DNA of 63,313 nucleotides, counting the filler, from Stramenopiles sp. TOSAG23-2 (Eukaryota): NCBI GenBank assembly GCA_900128395.1. It is 9 parts of 9 records of this genome, joined end to end, with 100 filler letters (N's around TTAATTAATTAA, not from the genome) between each part and the next. Parts side by side here need not be neighbours in the genome. Positions count along the whole stretch, not along the records: positions 60,290 to 61,751 come from LT652847.1; positions 61,852 to 63,313 come from LT652848.1; 7 more parts are not named here. One strand, written 5' to 3'. The notes beneath the pieces were generated by a model, which saw nothing but the letters and a program-made list of their open reading frames with translations, was not told the origin of the DNA and did no database searches. Numbering within the stretch: the first letter of the stretch is position 1; each line of letters begins with the position of its first letter. The translations under genes were made by a program, and so were the position numbers. Positions 60,290 through 63,313 of this stretch are shown one piece after another.

Positions 60290-61751
60290 ATGACGCATGT
60301 GCACAGCGATGACAACGATAATAACCAAGACAAACAGATGTTATTCAATACACTCTTGTCCATACAAACGTTTCTGCGGAAATGTGCACATACGCAGGAA
60401 CAAACACCTGATAATGCGTTGGAAACATTATTAATTTTAGCATTAGCATTAGGTGATATTAGTTCCTTACTTATGATTGCTACACTTTTTCTTGGAATAG
60501 ATAATGAAAAAGAAGTACAGTCAAAATCATTGATATTGCAATTAGTAGTGTGCTTTGATCAATTAGTGCATCGAATCTCCACAAAACGTGCGTTACGTAA
60601 ACAAGCTAAACAAAGTAGTAAATGGCAATGTGAAGTTTGTGGATGTTTAAGTCCAATGTCATCTCAAATATGTGAAATGTGTGCAGCGGCTAGAGTGGTA
60701 TCGGATGAGCAAGTAGAAATGCACGAGACGAAGAAACCGGAAGATAATTTACATATAATCAACAATTCCCTTGATTTGGTAAAAGAATTTAAAGAATTAT
60801 ATGCAAATGATGTTACATCGGATATGTTTAGATATGAAAATATAGGTAAATTATTATTTCAATTGATTAATTCACTTGCAATAACATATTTAATGGTTGA
60901 TGAAGATGTTGATCAAAATACATTCGAACCATTCATGATTAATTTGATTCCATCAACAACGGCAACAAGCAATAATAATGATAAAGTGAAAAGTAGTATT
61001 GGTATTTTTAACTTAATGAGTAAATTTTTCTCATTTCAAAGTGAACAGGATGATTGCAAATATTTTAATTATGACAATGTAGATATTTTACCACATTCAT
61101 TTCAGGATTATATGAACAGTAGAAAAAATAAATATATTGCAAATATTGTAATAATGTGTTGTCTGCATGTAGCAAAAGTAAATATACGCCGACAGGCATC
61201 CATATTCGAGAAAAATCAACGAAATAGCCAATTAACAAATTTATCATCACTTGAAGAAAAAACATCCAATACTAGCAATAATAAGCATACTGATACAAAG
61301 GAAATAGCATCATCGATGCTTGGAAAAGTATTAATGGATGTATACAACAGTAAGATCTTTGATAATGATGATAATTTACGTTCAGAAATTCTAGCAACTC
61401 GTTTGGAGTTAGACAAATCACAAGGTGTTAAAAAGGTTATAGAAATGATGTTAGATTATCCCTATAATCTATCATTGCAAGTTGGTGGTTGCCGTGCTAT
61501 ATTAGATCAATTGCAAGTAGATACTTCTTTACATGGTGGAAAAACCCATCAACGTAATCCTACATTACTAGCATTGATAGAAGATCATGGCAAAGGTACG
61601 AAATGTTTAATAAGTGCCATTAAATCATTTTGGAATGATTTTGCTGTCTTGAGACCTGCATTGGCAGTCTTATCACAAATACCAGAGATAATAATATATA
61701 TGACTGGAGCTACAGACATGAATAATGTGACACCCAATAGTGCCATAATCA
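60290..61751 (+). CDS. Internal fragment of a large helical-repeat protein with a RanBP2-type zinc finger (possibly a HERC/HECT-type giant E3)
   Basis: Open across the whole contig. WQCEVCGCLSP....CEMC. LETLLILALALGDISSLL resembles HERC-family N-termini. ARM-like C-terminal part. Confidence 0.55.
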
Positions 61752-62069
61752 NNNNNNNNNNNNNNNNNNNNNNNNNNNNNNNNNNNNNNNNNNNNTTAAT
61801 TAATTAANNNNNNNNNNNNNNNNNNNNNNNNNNNNNNNNNNNNNNNNNNNNTCAGTATTATTATCAGGTATGATTTTGCTCGCAAATAGAAAAAGTGCGA
61901 GAGTGAATATATCTCTGCAAATATACTAGTATTATAATATATGATAATACTTTTGGTAAATATATGTATTATCCTCTCTCCATATTATTTTTTCTTAAAT
62001 TTTATTTACAAAAAAAACATTTCACTCGCTCTCCTTCCCTGGTTTAAATATCTTGGTGTGCGAATTTTT

Positions 62070-63270
62070 TTATAAACGTGCAGTAACACCAAATGTCATG
62101 TTTGGTAATGCAGTACCACATGCATTTCTTGCTATGTTATCAGTCGCATCGTTTCTCATTGCATCCAATTGTGGTGGAAATTCAGGCCATACTTCCCAGA
62201 ATAATTGTAACATATTCATCGTACTACGTCGATCTGCTGTTTCATCGTATTCATTATTAAAACAATCTGGGCCTAATGCAAACCCATGTTGTACGTGTGG
62301 TCCATGTGTATTAATACGATATTCAATACCATTTTCTTCCATTTCTTTGAAGAATTTTTCTTTTGATCTTGCAGTGACAAGATGATCCGTTACAGCATTT
62401 TCAATCAATACTCTACAATGTTTATTGTAATTATTGATTGGTTTTTCACCATCTTTATACTCTTTACGTTTTCCACCTGGTTTATTTGGATTGAAAAAGA
62501 TTACCGTACCATCTTCATTATAATCGATATGCATTGCATTTGATTGAAGAACACCATGAAAGCTCACAATAGCTTGTATTTCACAACCATGCCATAAACA
62601 TTTGGAATTTGATGATAAAGCTTCTATCATTTCTTTAGAAACAATAACCAATACTTGCAACATAATGTGGATGTACCGATTTATGTTTTCTAGATTCTGT
62701 TAAATATAAATCCATCAATCCGCGCCAACTTTTTGGTTTACCCATCATGATATTCATCCTAGTAAATGAACCTTTCATATGTGCAATTAATTCTTCTTTT
62801 GAAGACGATGGTGTTGGTGCACGTATAGCACGTGGATAAATATAATCATCTTCATAAAGATCACATGATAGGCCAACGTATCCACATTTTGCAAGAAAAA
62901 CTGCTTGATCTACATCAAATTGTTTTTCTCCAGAATAATTTGGAAACACTAAAACAACAGGTCTCCGTGTTTGCACTTCTTCTTTTTGATATGCAATATG
63001 ACCAGTATATGTATACCCTTCAAATGTTATTGGGAATTCTTCAACAATAATATCAGACATATTACCAGAGGTTGAATTTAAAGACAATTTACTTTTATAA
63101 TAATATGTCGGATCATTTTCATTTGGAAAACATGTTAAATTACGTGATAACATTTTTCTATTTTGTATCATTAAATTTCTTGTTATAAAATCTTTGAATG
63201 GCTGAAGTATACTAATAATTACAATGTTGTCTCTTTCCTTGATGTATCGTTCATATATTACTACGTACAT
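62070..63270 (-). pseudogene. Dienelactone hydrolase family gene disrupted at the nucleophile elbow (pseudogene or chimeric assembly); start uncertain
   Basis: RPVVLVFPNYSG, A.FLA..GYVGL..DLY, ASIGYCF*, then in another frame HGCEIQAIVSFHG..VLIEN..D..HGF. The expected GG after GYCF is absent. Confidence 0.75.
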
Positions 63271-63313
63271 ATAGAATATCTTTTATACATACAGTATCTA
63301 ACTTCAATCAATT

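Noticed and set aside
8533-61851. Regularly spaced TTAATTAATTAA as a biological repeat, and gene neighbourhoods across it
   Set aside because: Artificial contig linker flanked by Ns; the contigs are unlinked.
1-63313. tRNA, rRNA or snRNA genes
   Set aside because: None recognised by eye; an Infernal/tRNAscan-SE search would be needed to exclude them.

Overview
This window is not one locus. It is nine AT-rich eukaryotic contigs (seven of about 8.5 kb, two of 1,462 bp) joined by artificial 100-nt N44-TTAATTAATTAA-N44 spacers, so adjacency across spacers means nothing. The source is probably a protist, most likely a heterotrophic stramenopile (inference). The evidence is eukaryote-specific genes (SUMO E1 subunit, RTF2, C2CD3-like centriole protein, IDI-squalene synthase fusion), sparse GT-AG introns with GCTAAC branch points, and Asn-rich low-complexity proteins. 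Inverted chimeras and exact 55-bp and 125-bp tandem duplications suggest an MDA-amplified single-cell assembly. The most notable content is a set of unusual domain fusions: (1) an SLC4/Band-3 cytoplasmic domain fused to a bacterial-type NhaA Na+/H+ antiporter; (2) a glyoxalase/VOC-like domain fused to a DNA ligase I-family enzyme behind a probable mitochondrial presequence; (3) a MUS81-like nuclease with a second EME1-like ERCC4 half, SIMs and NZF fingers; (4) a 2,493-aa receptor with four solute-binding domains and a cytoplasmic GAF. There is also a complete TIR-bounded Sola2-like transposon interrupted by one stop codon, several non-autonomous or dispersed repeats, a GC-rich hydrolase island, and a recurrent CACAGCA upstream motif. 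All domain calls come from reading motifs by eye; no database search was run.
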